Notes: generated by a model not told the origin, from the letters alone. A stretch of DNA of 64,000 bases from Kofleriaceae bacterium (GCA_965215005.1 CBDCCZ010000011.1:32001-96000), one strand, 5' to 3'; shown: positions 1 to 11,035, counted from the first letter of the stretch. A program made the numbers and translations.

Positions 1-491
1 TTCTCGTAGCCAGAGCGGCGCTCGTTCTTCACGACGTCGCGCTGACCGGAGAGTTTCTTTTCCGTCATCACGTCCCAAAGGCCGGCCATTCGATCGGCTT
101 CGAGGTACAGCGCGAGCGGCACATGATGCGACGGAATCTGCACGATGTAATCGGTGCGGTCGGCGTTGGTGCTGCCGTTGTTCCTCCCGCCCACCGATTC
201 GAGCAGGCTATCGAAGGCTCCTTCGGGAACGTGTTTCGAGCCTTCGAACATCAGGTGCTCGAACAAATGCGCGAATCCGCTGCGACCCGGTTTCTCGTCT
301 TTGCTGCCGACGGCGTATCGGAGATAGATGGTGGTGACGGGTGTCGCATGATCCTCGTGAAGGATGACCCGCAGGCCGTTGTCGAGGGTATACGCGTGCG
401 CTTTGATCGCTGCGGGCTCGCCAGCTCGCTCGGCGTGCGCAGGACCCGCGATCGCAGCTGTTAGCAGCGGGAGCCAAAAAAGAAGCCTCAT
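1..491 (-). CDS. M16 family (pitrilysin/insulinase-like) zinc peptidase, 5' part; runs off the window edge
   Basis: Not in the ORF track. Manual translation from ATG 491 gives MRLLFWLPLLTAAIAGPAHA (signal peptide)...YTLDNGLRVILHEDH...VGSKDEKPGRSGFAHLFEHLMFEGS...NGSTNADRTDY, with the inverted zinc motif HxxEH. Confidence 0.93.
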   Translation of the reverse strand, partial: MRLLFWLPLLTAAIAGPAHAERAGEPAAIKAHAYTLDNGLRVILHEDHATPVTTIYLRYAVGSKDEKPGRSGFAHLFEHLMFEGSKHVPEGAFDSLLESVGGRNNGSTNADRTDYIVQIPSHHVPLALYLEADRMAGLWDVMTEKKLSGQRDVVKNERRSGYE

Positions 492-539
492 GGGTCTCGT
501 TTAGCCGATACGCAGGCATGATGTCGCGATGCGCTGCGG

Positions 540-1601
540 CTATTTGTCTTCCCGGAGCGGTTTGGTTGCCAAGATGAGCGCGATATCGCCGAGCTCATGG
601 CTGCGATAGCCAGCGTTGGCGGCGTGCTGCAACGCAGACTCGAGCGCCGTCTGGCTAGCAAACGCCCGCAATAGCTCAAAGTGGCTCTCGCTCGGAGCGT
701 GCAGGCCGGTAATGATTCCGCTCACGATACGCGGCGTAAAATCGGCGTCGAGACGCAGCTCGGTGATTCCGGCGCCGGCGAGCGAGGGGCGAGCCGCCGC
801 GCTCTCGAGAGCGCGCACGACGGTGGTGCCGACGGCGATGACGCGGCCGCCGCGGGCGCGTGCGGCGGCGATCGCTTGCGCGGTGTGCTGGGGAATCTCA
901 TAGCGTTCGGCCAGCGGCAACGCGGCATCGAGCGCGGCGTCGCCGGTGGCGCTGAGACCGGCGGCGTGTGTTAGATGGGCCACAGCGATGCCGCGCCGGC
1001 GCAACGCCAGTAGCGTCGCCCACGTGAGCGGTCGCCCCGCCGATGGCATTTCGGCGGCCCACGGTCGACTGGCGTAGACGGTCTGCACCGACCACAGCTC
1101 GAGTGGAGCTTGCTGGTAGCTGTACTGCACCGGATGACCGGCGGCATAGAGCGCCGGCCACAGTGCCGCGTCGCCGCCGATAAACGCGAGGTCGATTAGG
1201 CGTGGCGACTGCGCCGAGACCGCGAGCACCCGCGCCGTTAGCGCGTTATCGAATTGCAGTAGATCGCCCACGCCGACGCGAGGCGGCGGCGGCCGCGCGG
1301 CGGTGTCGGTGCGCCAGTCGCCAGCGCCAAACAGCACTGCGCGGCACACGCCAGCGCCGCTTGGAAGGAGTCGTACCTCGATTGCGTGGCCCGCGGTGGT
1401 GCCATGCAGCGATGCCGGCAGCGTTGCGGCATCATTGACGACGACGAGATCGCCGGCGGCGAGATAGCTCGGCAAGGCGGCCGCGGTGCTATCGGCAATC
1501 GGTCCGCGCTGGGAATCGACGATCAGCAGCCGGACCTCGTCGCGCCGCGTAGGTGGCTGATGGGCTGGCTCGAGCCGCAGTGGCTCTACCGGCGCGATCA
1601 C
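540..1601 (-). CDS. QueA-like protein (SAM:tRNA ribosyltransferase-isomerase paralogue)
   Basis: GDLVVVND, QTVYA, VIAVGTTVVRALES motifs of the QueA fold; several canonical motifs are altered. GTG start overlaps the SDR stop (GTGA, 1598-1601). Confidence 0.85.
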   Translation of the reverse strand: MIAPVEPLRLEPAHQPPTRRDEVRLLIVDSQRGPIADSTAAALPSYLAAGDLVVVNDAATLPASLHGTTAGHAIEVRLLPSGAGVCRAVLFGAGDWRTDTAARPPPPRVGVGDLLQFDNALTARVLAVSAQSPRLIDLAFIGGDAALWPALYAAGHPVQYSYQQAPLELWSVQTVYASRPWAAEMPSAGRPLTWATLLALRRRGIAVAHLTHAAGLSATGDAALDAALPLAERYEIPQHTAQAIAAARARGGRVIAVGTTVVRALESAAARPSLAGAGITELRLDADFTPRIVSGIITGLHAPSESHFELLRAFASQTALESALQHAANAGYRSHELGDIALILATKPLREDK

Positions 1602-2326
1602 GAAGCCACCTCCCACGCGGCGGCTTCGACACGGCTGCCGCTGGCGACGCGCTCGCGATTCACGATCAGCTCAGCGATGCGTGCGGCGACGTCGGCGGGA
1701 TTGGCAAGGGCTGCACGATCGGCCTCGGGAATGGCGTTGGCGTGCATCTGGGTGTCCATCTCGCCCGGGTCGACATTGATGATTTGCACGGCAGTGTCGG
1801 CGAGCTCGGCGGCGAGAATGCGGCCGAGATGATCGAGCGCCGCTTTCGAGACGCTGTAGGCGCCCCAGGTCGGATACGCTGCTACCGCCGCGTCTGAGCT
1901 GATGTGGACGATGATGCCGTCATCGCGCAGCACCATGTTCCCGGCGATGACTTTGCTGAGGCGAAACGGGCCAATGACGTTGGTCTCGAGGACTGCCTGC
2001 AGCTCTTCGCAGTCGGTATCCAAGAGTAGGCGCAGCGGAGTTGGGCCCAGAGTGCTGGCATTGTGGATCAAGATGTCGATTGCACCGACGACAGCGGCGG
2101 CTTCGCCGGCGATGCGATGGATGGCGCGCTTATCGGCGATGTCGGCAGCGATGACGTGCGCTGTGCCGCCAGCGGCACGGATCTCGTGAGCGACCTCATC
2201 GAGCGGGCCTCGGCTGCGAGCGATGAGCACCACGGCGGCGCCGCGCCCGGCGAGCTCGAGGGCCAGGGCTCGGCCGAGCCCGCGGCTGGCGCCGGTGATG
2301 AGGGCAGTGCGATTGCGAATGTTCAT
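1598..2326 (-). CDS. Short-chain dehydrogenase/reductase
   Basis: TGASRGLG, HNAS, YSVSK catalytic motif; AGGAGG RBS. Confidence 0.95.
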   Translation of the reverse strand: MNIRNRTALITGASRGLGRALALELAGRGAAVVLIARSRGPLDEVAHEIRAAGGTAHVIAADIADKRAIHRIAGEAAAVVGAIDILIHNASTLGPTPLRLLLDTDCEELQAVLETNVIGPFRLSKVIAGNMVLRDDGIIVHISSDAAVAAYPTWGAYSVSKAALDHLGRILAAELADTAVQIINVDPGEMDTQMHANAIPEADRAALANPADVAARIAELIVNRERVASGSRVEAAAWEVAS

Positions 2327-2377
2327 AACGACCTCCTGCTCGCACTGTAGGGGCCGCCTGATTGTAAATCAGCCGGA

Positions 2378-2406
2378 TTGCTATTTCATTGGCAGAAGGT
2401 CATCGT
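2378..2406 (+). promoter_or_regulatory. Putative sigma70 promoter of a leaderless XRE regulator gene
   Basis: TTGCTA-N17-CATCGT-N6-ATG(2413). Confidence 0.45.
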
Positions 2407-2412
2407 GACGAC

Positions 2413-2964
2413 ATGAACGACGCGGTTGCAAACAACCTAGCCAACAACATCCGCAGCTTGCGAGAAGCGCGCGGCTTCACCCAGCAGCAGATGGCCAAGC
2501 TCGCAGGAGTTCCGAGGCCGACGTGGGCAAACCTTGAGTCTGGTGCAGCGAACCCGACGTTGGCAGTGTTGATCAAAGTTGCCGCGGCGCTGCAGATTCG
2601 GCTCGAGGAGCTCATCGGGCCGCCGAAGACCTCGGCGCGCCTGTATCAGCCCGAGGAGCTGCCGGTGCGGCGGCGGGGTCAGGTGGTCGTGCGCAAGCTC
2701 TTGCCTGAGTCGATACCGGGGCTGGAAATCGAGCGCATGGAGTTGGCAGGCGGCGCTAGCATGACTGGCGTTCCGCACACGCCGGGAACCCGTGAGTACC
2801 TGACGGTGGAGTGCGGCGAGGTCGAGCTCACCGCCTCTGGAGAAGCCTGGCGCCTGAGTCCGGGGCAGCTGGTGGTCTTTCGCGGCGACCAAAAACACGC
2901 CTATCGCAACCACGGCCGCACGCTCGCGGTAGCCTACAGCGTGGTCGCTTTCTCGCCGGTTTGA
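2413..2964 (+). CDS. XRE-family HTH plus cupin transcriptional regulator
   Basis: NIRSLREARGFTQQQMA...LESGAANPT HTH; PHTPGTREYL...GDQKHAY cupin; divergent from the SDR-QueA-like pair. Confidence 0.92.
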   Translation: MNDAVANNLANNIRSLREARGFTQQQMAKLAGVPRPTWANLESGAANPTLAVLIKVAAALQIRLEELIGPPKTSARLYQPEELPVRRRGQVVVRKLLPESIPGLEIERMELAGGASMTGVPHTPGTREYLTVECGEVELTASGEAWRLSPGQLVVFRGDQKHAYRNHGRTLAVAYSVVAFSPV

Positions 2965-2968
2965 GCGC

Positions 2969-3664
2969 TCAGCGGCCGCAATAACTCGCGTTGGCGGAAA
3001 CCAGCACCGCCGCGAACGAGTCGCGCTCGCTGGCTCGGATGCCGAGCTCTTCGTCCTCACCGCGCAGACCCGCGGCCAGAAAACTGGCTCCAATGCCAAG
3101 GTTCCACCGCGGGCTCGTCGTCCAAGCGTAGCCAACGCCTGCCTGAAGTCCCACGCCAGCTCCGCCAATGCCTTCAAACAAGTTAGGCTCGGGCAGTCGC
3201 GCCCAGGCGCCGGCGAGGCCGATGGTGATCCAGCCGCGCACTCCGCTTTGACCGGCCGCAGGTGTTACGTCCAGCGCAACGCCGAGCAGCGCGAAGCCAA
3301 GTCCATCTTCGAGGTCGAGCTCGTCGCCGTTGTCGGCTTCTAGCGTGGCCTCGCCCACGCCGCCCAACACCAGGGCGGCGGAGATAGCAAGGCGCGGGGC
3401 GATGAATCCACCAACAGCGAGATCGAAGGCGCCGCCACCACCGCGGACAGTGGAATCGCCGGCGTCGACGGTGAAGCCGCCGGCGCTACCGGAAACCTCG
3501 CGATCGAGGGCGACGCCGCCTACCCCCAGTCCCGTGCGCAGGTGCAGACCGCCATCGGCGACAGCGAGCTTAGGCGTTAGGAGCGCGGTCATCGCCAGCG
3601 TGGCGAAGAGCGCTCGCGCGATGAGGCGCGGTGTCGGGAGAATAGTGCTAATGACTCGGTGCAT
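2969..3664 (-). CDS. Exported protein, probable small outer-membrane beta-barrel
   Basis: Signal peptide ending AVA; Gly-rich alternating hydrophobic strands (GLQAGVGYAW, WNLGIGASF). Confidence 0.6.
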   Translation of the reverse strand: MHRVISTILPTPRLIARALFATLAMTALLTPKLAVADGGLHLRTGLGVGGVALDREVSGSAGGFTVDAGDSTVRGGGGAFDLAVGGFIAPRLAISAALVLGGVGEATLEADNGDELDLEDGLGFALLGVALDVTPAAGQSGVRGWITIGLAGAWARLPEPNLFEGIGGAGVGLQAGVGYAWTTSPRWNLGIGASFLAAGLRGEDEELGIRASERDSFAAVLVSANASYCGR

Positions 3665-3699
3665 GAACGACCTCGTTTGCGGTGACGAGACCGTGCTTC

Positions 3700-3715
3700 A
3701 GCAAGCGCTGTGCCC
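3700..3715 (-). promoter_or_regulatory. sigma54 (-24/-12) promoter candidate
   Basis: Minus strand GGGCACAGCGCTTGCT = GG-N10-GC, about 35 bp upstream of ATG 3664. Confidence 0.6.
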
Positions 3716-3928
3716 CTCGATGGCCACCGCGGCATACGAGTGTTATTGCGGCGTTGCGCAGGCAAGGTGTCCACAACTGCCAGCCGCTGTGGAAGAGCTC
3801 TACAGCGCGAACCACAACCGTCGTCGGCCCAAGCCACACCGCCTAGAGTCGCCATGTCGGTTGCGACCGCTTGCAGGTGCGCCTTTGCGCGCGCATTCCC
3901 TCCCTTTGCACCGCTCCAAGGATGTCCG

Positions 3929-5212
3929 ATGCGCCAATTGATGATCCAGGTTCCCCGCGGCGAAGGCCAAGCCGCGATGAAAATCGCGCAGTCCCACGAA
4001 GGCGCCAATCTGGCGCTCCTCGAGGCGCGCGGACCCGATGGAACCGCTTGGGATCTGCTCGTCGCTCACGTTGAAAATCGCTCGTTGGGGCCGCTCCTCG
4101 ATGAGCTCGAGACGATTCCCAAGCTGCACGCAACGCTTGCTCCGCGCGGCGTGATGACGTTGCGGCCGCCGCCAGAAGAGGCGGCCGAGCAGGTTCGCGA
4201 CGTCGATAACTTGAGCCCCATCGAAGTATTCCTCGGCGGACTGCAGAGCGTCGGCTCGTGGACCGGTTTCCTCGGCTATGCGGCATTGGCGGGGGTCGTG
4301 GTGTGGATCGGCCTCTTTACCAGCACCAGCTATCTCCTCGTCGCCGCGATGCTGATCGCGCCATTCGCCGGTCCGGCGATGAACCTGGCGCTCGCCACCG
4401 CGCGCGGCGATCGAGCCCTGTTCAAGCGCAGCATCGTGCGTTACTTCGTCGCCCTCGCCGTGACGGTATTCGTCGCATGGCTGCTCAGCACCATCTTTAG
4501 ACAAGACTCCGCCACCGCGCAGATGTTAGCAACCAGCAAGATTTCTGCGGTCACCGTGCTTCTGCCGCTTGCTGCGGGCGCCGCCGGTGCGGTCAATCTG
4601 TTTCAGTCGGAGCGCAGCAGCTTGGTCTCTGGCGCAGCCACCGGGATGCTCGTGGCCGCCTCGCTCGCCCCCCCCGCTGGACTCGTCGGAATGTCGGCAG
4701 CGCTCGGCAGCTGGGACATGGCCGTGGGTGGCGCGTTCTTGCTGATGCTGCAGCTCGTTGGTATCAACTTGGTTGGCGCCATCGTATTTCGCTTGTTCGG
4801 TCTAACCGCGCGCGGCACGCGGTATGAGCGTGGCTCCAAGGGAATGTTTCCATTGATATTGGCCGTGACCGCTCTCGTCGTCGGCGGACTCCTCACTTGG
4901 CAGCTCTGGGACACCCCGAATTTGCAGCGAGCCACCCAATCGCAGCGCGCCGCAGCCGCCATTCAAGAGCTCTTCACCGGCAACGACCACGCCAAGCTCG
5001 TCGAGGCCAACGTCCGCTTCACCCGCGCAAACATCGCCGAGCAAGACACTCTTTTGGCAGTTGTCTACGTGCAGCGGGTTGCCGAGATGCCTACCGACCA
5101 GCTGCGCTTGCAGCTGTCCGCGCTCATTCAACGTCATTTGCGCGAGAACTTCGACGTCACACCCCTCGTTGCCGTCACCGTGCTGGATCCACCGCCTGTA
5201 CAGGGCCACTAG
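3929..5212 (+). CDS. DUF389-type integral membrane protein
   Basis: LVAAMLIAP, LAAGAAGA, GMLVAASLAPP motifs and multiple TM segments; start moved to MRQLMIQVP. Confidence 0.8.
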   Translation: MRQLMIQVPRGEGQAAMKIAQSHEGANLALLEARGPDGTAWDLLVAHVENRSLGPLLDELETIPKLHATLAPRGVMTLRPPPEEAAEQVRDVDNLSPIEVFLGGLQSVGSWTGFLGYAALAGVVVWIGLFTSTSYLLVAAMLIAPFAGPAMNLALATARGDRALFKRSIVRYFVALAVTVFVAWLLSTIFRQDSATAQMLATSKISAVTVLLPLAAGAAGAVNLFQSERSSLVSGAATGMLVAASLAPPAGLVGMSAALGSWDMAVGGAFLLMLQLVGINLVGAIVFRLFGLTARGTRYERGSKGMFPLILAVTALVVGGLLTWQLWDTPNLQRATQSQRAAAAIQELFTGNDHAKLVEANVRFTRANIAEQDTLLAVVYVQRVAEMPTDQLRLQLSALIQRHLRENFDVTPLVAVTVLDPPPVQGH

Positions 5213-5296
5213 CAGCCGTGCACCTGCCGGCGTGTGTTAGCGAACCTGGACGCGAATGTCTCGTCACCGGACGGGATGCCGGCTAAATAGCGTGCC

Positions 5297-7567
5297 ATGG
5301 GGAAATTCACGTTCATCGCATCGGCGCTCTTGCTAGCGAGCTGTGGCGGGCGCGGCTCGAGTGCGCCGCAGGAACCAGTCGAGCCGGAGCCGCCCACTCC
5401 GAGCTCAACGGACTCGTTTGCCAATCCAGGGGGCATGTGGATGCCCCACCAGCTAGCCGCGGCGGAGCACCAGAGCAATCTCTCGAGGCTGGGATTTGAG
5501 CTCGACCCCAAGGTATTCGCGGATCCCATGGCGCCGCCGCTGGCGGCCGTGGTGAGTCTTGGCGGTTGCTCTGCTTCGTTCATATCGCCCGACGGGCTGA
5601 TAATCACCAACCACCACTGCGTATCGGGCGCGCTTCGATATCACTCGACGCCCGAGCAGAACCTCGCTCGCGATGGATTCGTCGCCACCTCGCGCGAAGA
5701 GGAGCGCTGGAACGGACCTGACGCGCGGGTATGGGTCACGCAGAAGCTCACCGACGTCACCTCGACGATCCGCGAAGGGCTCGAGCAAATTACCGACGAT
5801 CGCGCCCGCTACGATGCGATCGAGGCGCGTGAAAAGGCGCTGGTGGCAAGCTGTGAGCAAGGGCGGCCGCAGGTGCACTGCAAGATTGCCAGCTTCTTTC
5901 GGGGCGCCGAGTATCAGCTGATCGAAAAGCTCGAGCTCCGCGACATCCGGTTGGTGTACGCGCCGCCGCGCAGCGTCGGCAGCTACGGCGGCGACATCGA
6001 TAACTGGATGTGGCCGCGGCACAGCGGTGACTTTGCTATGTATCGCGCCTACGTGGCGCCTGATCAATCGCCGGCCGAGCACGCCGCAGAGAACGTCCCG
6101 TACCGCCCGGCGCAGTACTTGCGCGTCTCGCACGGTGATCTCGACGCAGGCGATTTGGTGATTGTCGCTGGTTACCCGGGCCAAACAGAGAGGCTGGCAA
6201 CGGCTGCGGAGCTCGACGAAGCCTTGAATTGGCATTACCCGAGACGGCTCGAGCAATTTCCCGAATATCTCGCCGCCCTAGACGCGGTGGCGCGTGCCGA
6301 TGAAGCGGCGGCGGTAAAGGCAGTTCCCTTTCAGGCGGGCCTAAATAACTATCTCAAAAAGTCTCGCGGAGTGGTCGCGAATGCCAAGCAGGGGAACTTG
6401 CTCGCCAGAAAGCGCGCTCTGGAAGCGGAGCTACGCGCTTGGATCGGCGCGGAGGGCGAGCGCCGCGCGAAGTACGGCGAGGTGCTGGAGCAAATGGAGG
6501 CACTGGATGAGGCGCGGCGCGAACATCGCGAGCGAGATGCCGCCTTGCGCGAGATGTACTGGTCGCGCCTGCTCGGCGCAGCGCGGACCATCGTGCGCAT
6601 GGCCGAAGAGCGGGCTAAGCCGGACGCCGAGCGCGAGCCGGGGTATCAAGAGCGCGATCTCGTGCATCTCGTCGGAGAGCAGCGCGCTTGGAAGAGTGGC
6701 TATCACGAAGCAATTGACACGGCGCTCCTGTCGCTCGCGCTCGAGCGCGCCGCTCGTGATCCAGAGACCAACAGCGAGTGGCTGTCTCTAATAGTGGGTC
6801 CCAAGGTCACAACGGGGCCGGCGATTCGGGCGGCGGTGGCGAAGCTGTATGCGAAGAGCAAGCTTCCCGATGAGGCGACGCGCGTGCGGCTCCTCACCGG
6901 CGCCAGCACCGCACAGCTCAAACGCAGCAACGATCCGTTCATCCAGCTGGCACTACGCCTGCGGCCACTCGAGCGCGAGATTGAGGAGGCCGATGATCGC
7001 TTTGCTGGCGAGATGGCGCTGCTCGAGCCGCGTTACCTGGCGGCGCTGCGGGAGATGGCGGGCGGCGAGCTGGCACCAGACGCCAATGGCACGCTCCGCG
7101 TCAGCTATGGCACCATTCGCGGCTATCGGCCGCGCCCTGAGGCGGAGCTCTACGAGCCGTTTACGACGCTTTCGGGAGTGATCGCCAAGCACACTGGAGA
7201 GGAGCCGTTCGATGCTCCTCTAGCGCTGCGGCAGGCAGCAGCAGCAGGAAAGCGCGGCCCTTACGTCGATCCTGAGCTCGACGACGTGCCGGTCGACTTT
7301 CTGGCGGATCTCGATATTACCGGTGGTAACTCGGGGTCGCCGATCTTGAATCGGCGCGGCGAGCTCGTGGGGCTGTTGTTTGACACTAACTACGAAGGCG
7401 TGGACTCAGATTGGCTGTTCGCGCCTGAGCGCACTCGGTCAATTCAGGTGGATACGCGCTATCTCTTGTGGATGCTCGATGCGGTGGCAGGTGCAGACCA
7501 TTTGCTGCGCGAGCTCGGCTTCGAGCCGGCCATCGCTGAGGGTGAGCGGACCGCGGTAGTGGATTGA
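5297..7567 (+). CDS. S46 family dipeptidyl peptidase, lipoprotein
   Basis: Lipobox LASC; GGMWMP, GCSASFIS, TNHHC, DNWMWPRHSGDF, DITGGNSGSP. Confidence 0.95.
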   Translation: MGKFTFIASALLLASCGGRGSSAPQEPVEPEPPTPSSTDSFANPGGMWMPHQLAAAEHQSNLSRLGFELDPKVFADPMAPPLAAVVSLGGCSASFISPDGLIITNHHCVSGALRYHSTPEQNLARDGFVATSREEERWNGPDARVWVTQKLTDVTSTIREGLEQITDDRARYDAIEAREKALVASCEQGRPQVHCKIASFFRGAEYQLIEKLELRDIRLVYAPPRSVGSYGGDIDNWMWPRHSGDFAMYRAYVAPDQSPAEHAAENVPYRPAQYLRVSHGDLDAGDLVIVAGYPGQTERLATAAELDEALNWHYPRRLEQFPEYLAALDAVARADEAAAVKAVPFQAGLNNYLKKSRGVVANAKQGNLLARKRALEAELRAWIGAEGERRAKYGEVLEQMEALDEARREHRERDAALREMYWSRLLGAARTIVRMAEERAKPDAEREPGYQERDLVHLVGEQRAWKSGYHEAIDTALLSLALERAARDPETNSEWLSLIVGPKVTTGPAIRAAVAKLYAKSKLPDEATRVRLLTGASTAQLKRSNDPFIQLALRLRPLEREIEEADDRFAGEMALLEPRYLAALREMAGGELAPDANGTLRVSYGTIRGYRPRPEAELYEPFTTLSGVIAKHTGEEPFDAPLALRQAAAAGKRGPYVDPELDDVPVDFLADLDITGGNSGSPILNRRGELVGLLFDTNYEGVDSDWLFAPERTRSIQVDTRYLLWMLDAVAGADHLLRELGFEPAIAEGERTAVVD

Positions 7568-7577
7568 GAAAGTGGCG

Positions 7578-7674
7578 TGCAGCGCGCCGGCCGCGGCGCG
7601 CTGCATTGCTGGGGACGATCAGTGGGAAGAGAGCGATCCGACGCGCCGGCAGCCGCTGCTCGGGCGCGTCGGAT
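7578..7674. terminator. Two GC-rich hairpins between convergent genes
   Basis: 12-bp perfect stems 7578-7589/7594-7605 and 7636-7647/7663-7674; no U-tracts. Confidence 0.55.
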
Positions 7675-7683
7675 GGATGTGGG

Positions 7684-8911
<1,228 letters not shown>

Positions 8912-9035
8912 TTTGGTGCCTTTCTTCCCTCAAGTGATGCACGAGAAACGTCGTGAATCACTGCCAAGCAACAATCGATGGAGGAGACGCCGATGAGGGC
9001 TCGAACGTCGTGACTCCTGCGGCGTCGTCGATGCG

Positions 9036-9764
9036 TCATTCCATCGCGTCAAAGAAGCTGCGCACAGCGGCAGTATGATAGTGAGCAATAAAGGTATGAA
9101 TGAGCGGTAGCGCCCTTGTGACCATGTCGGCCACGCGCTCAGCGGGAAGCGATGCGAGGCGGTTTTTTATGAGCTCGAGCTCGTGAGCAAACAGCGAGGC
9201 CACGACTTGCTCGTAGATGACGAGATCATCGACCGTAAAGCCGAGCTTCTCGGTGAGGCCCACCGCGCGAATTTGGCTCCATAAATCGATCATCCACACG
9301 CTGTCGCGAGGGATCTCCGGTGCGTCCTCGGGGCCAGCAAGCGTTATGAGCTCGAGCTCGGCCATACGGCGAATCTCGGCGAGCTCGATGTTGCGGCTCT
9401 CGACGAGCTCTTTGGCCGCCACGGTGGTGCGAACCTCTTCGGCAACCGGCGCCAAATCTCCCGACAGCCGCGACTTGAGCTCGAGCAGCATCTCACGTTG
9501 CTCGGGCTCACCCTGCGAAGGCTGATGGTGGAGCAGCGTCTTGATGGTCTTGAGCGGCAGTAGGCGCTCAGACTGCAGCTTACGGATGAGGGACAGCCGC
9601 TCGAGGTGCTCATCTCCGTACCAAGCCATATTGCGGCCGGTTTTGCGGCCTTCTGGCAATAGACCCTGTTGGATGTAGAAATGAATGGCTTGGCGCGATA
9701 CGCCGGCTTTCTCGCAGAGATCTTTCATGCGATAGGGCCAGCGCTTCTCGAGCGGCAGAGCCAT
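9036..9764 (-). CDS. MerR-family transcriptional regulator
   Basis: RMKDLCEKAGVSRQAIHFYIQQGLLP...YGDEHLERLSLIRKL; starts 2 bp after the reductase stop. Confidence 0.92.
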   Translation of the reverse strand: MALPLEKRWPYRMKDLCEKAGVSRQAIHFYIQQGLLPEGRKTGRNMAWYGDEHLERLSLIRKLQSERLLPLKTIKTLLHHQPSQGEPEQREMLLELKSRLSGDLAPVAEEVRTTVAAKELVESRNIELAEIRRMAELELITLAGPEDAPEIPRDSVWMIDLWSQIRAVGLTEKLGFTVDDLVIYEQVVASLFAHELELIKNRLASLPAERVADMVTRALPLIHTFIAHYHTAAVRSFFDAME

Positions 9765-9766
9765 CA

Positions 9767-10903
9767 CTAGACCTCTACCGTGGTCGGCTCGGTCGCGCAG
9801 GAGACACAGGCGAGCACGTAGCCGCTCTCCCGCTCGGTGTTGCCAAGACAGTTGGGCTCTTCCATGTCGGCGGCGCCGCTGCTGATTTTGACCTTGCAAG
9901 CACCGCAACCGCCCATTGCGCACGAAAACTTCATAGGTACGCCGGCGCGCAACCCAGCATCTAGGATGCTCTCCCCGGGATTGGCGAGCACGGCGTGGCT
10001 GCGACCGGCGTGATGAATCACGAGGGGTTGAGCGCTACGAACGATGTTGCTGCCCTGGCGAAGATGGGGCGAAGAGAAGCGCTCCTCGCGGATGTCCTCG
10101 GGCGCGACCCCGCGCTCAAGCAGCGTTTGCCGGGCGAGCGTCATCAGCCCTTCCGGCCCACAGACGTAATAGCCGGCGGCGGGGCGACCATCGTCGTCGA
10201 GGAACGCTTGCAGCGCTTGCGGCTCGAGCATGCCGTAGACGTGGCGGAGGCGAAATCGGCCCTCATGAGCGCGCGCTAGCTCTTCGAGCTCGTCGCGAAA
10301 GATGACGTCGGCCTCGCTGCGGTTGCAGAACAAGAGCGAAACCGTCGATTGGGGCTCACCGCGCAAGATGCCTTGCGTGATCGACATCAGCGGCGTAATG
10401 CCGCTGCCGCCACCCACCAGCACCACGTGACGTTGGACGTCGACCAAGGGTGGGCAGATGAACTCGCCCGAAGGGCCGAGCACGCGCAGGATCTGTCCCG
10501 GTTGCGCGCTATCGTTGAGGAAGTTGGACACCTGGCCGCCATCGACCCGCTTGATGGTCAACCGCATGCGGCTGTTGTCGAGATGGCAGCTAGATGCCGA
10601 GTACGCTCGTCGCACGGTCTTGCCATCGACGCTTGCTAGCACGGTGAAAAACTGGCCCGGCAAAAACTCGATTGGCCGACCGGCTGGATCTTCGAGCACC
10701 ACGCTCATCGCGTGCTCGGTGTGCCGCAGGACCTCGACAACGCGCACCCGCCGGGCACTGCCGGCGCTGCCGGTTTCGCGCTGGCGCGGGGGTCTGTCGA
10801 CCAACGGAGCGGGATTGCGGCCACGCAATCCGTTGAGCAGGACCTCGAGGTCGCGCCGTAGCGCGCCGTAGCGTCGACCTAGAGCCTTAGGGAAAGCCAC
10901 CAT
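9767..10903 (-). CDS. PaaE-like FAD/NAD(P) ferredoxin reductase with C-terminal 2Fe-2S domain
   Basis: RRAYS, GGGSGITP, YVCGP, SCAMGGCGAC...LAC; start uncertain (10903/10915/10939). Confidence 0.93.
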   Translation of the reverse strand: MVAFPKALGRRYGALRRDLEVLLNGLRGRNPAPLVDRPPRQRETGSAGSARRVRVVEVLRHTEHAMSVVLEDPAGRPIEFLPGQFFTVLASVDGKTVRRAYSASSCHLDNSRMRLTIKRVDGGQVSNFLNDSAQPGQILRVLGPSGEFICPPLVDVQRHVVLVGGGSGITPLMSITQGILRGEPQSTVSLLFCNRSEADVIFRDELEELARAHEGRFRLRHVYGMLEPQALQAFLDDDGRPAAGYYVCGPEGLMTLARQTLLERGVAPEDIREERFSSPHLRQGSNIVRSAQPLVIHHAGRSHAVLANPGESILDAGLRAGVPMKFSCAMGGCGACKVKISSGAADMEEPNCLGNTERESGYVLACVSCATEPTTVEV

Positions 10904-10910
10904 GAGATTG

Positions 10911-10953
10911 AGCATGCCGGAGAGGCTGTATGGTGTCAATCATCATTTGACAC
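10911..10953 (-). promoter_or_regulatory. sigma70 promoter with an overlapping palindromic operator
   Basis: Minus strand TTGACA-N17-CATGCT-N7-ATG(10903); GTGTCAA-N7-TTGACAC inverted repeat at 10933-10953. Confidence 0.65.
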
Positions 10954-11035
10954 AGCATTCCATCCATTTGGAAACATTGAAATAAAAGCTGCAGGCATGA
11001 GGCTTATTCGCGCTGCTGCCCCTCTTCCTGCTGTC

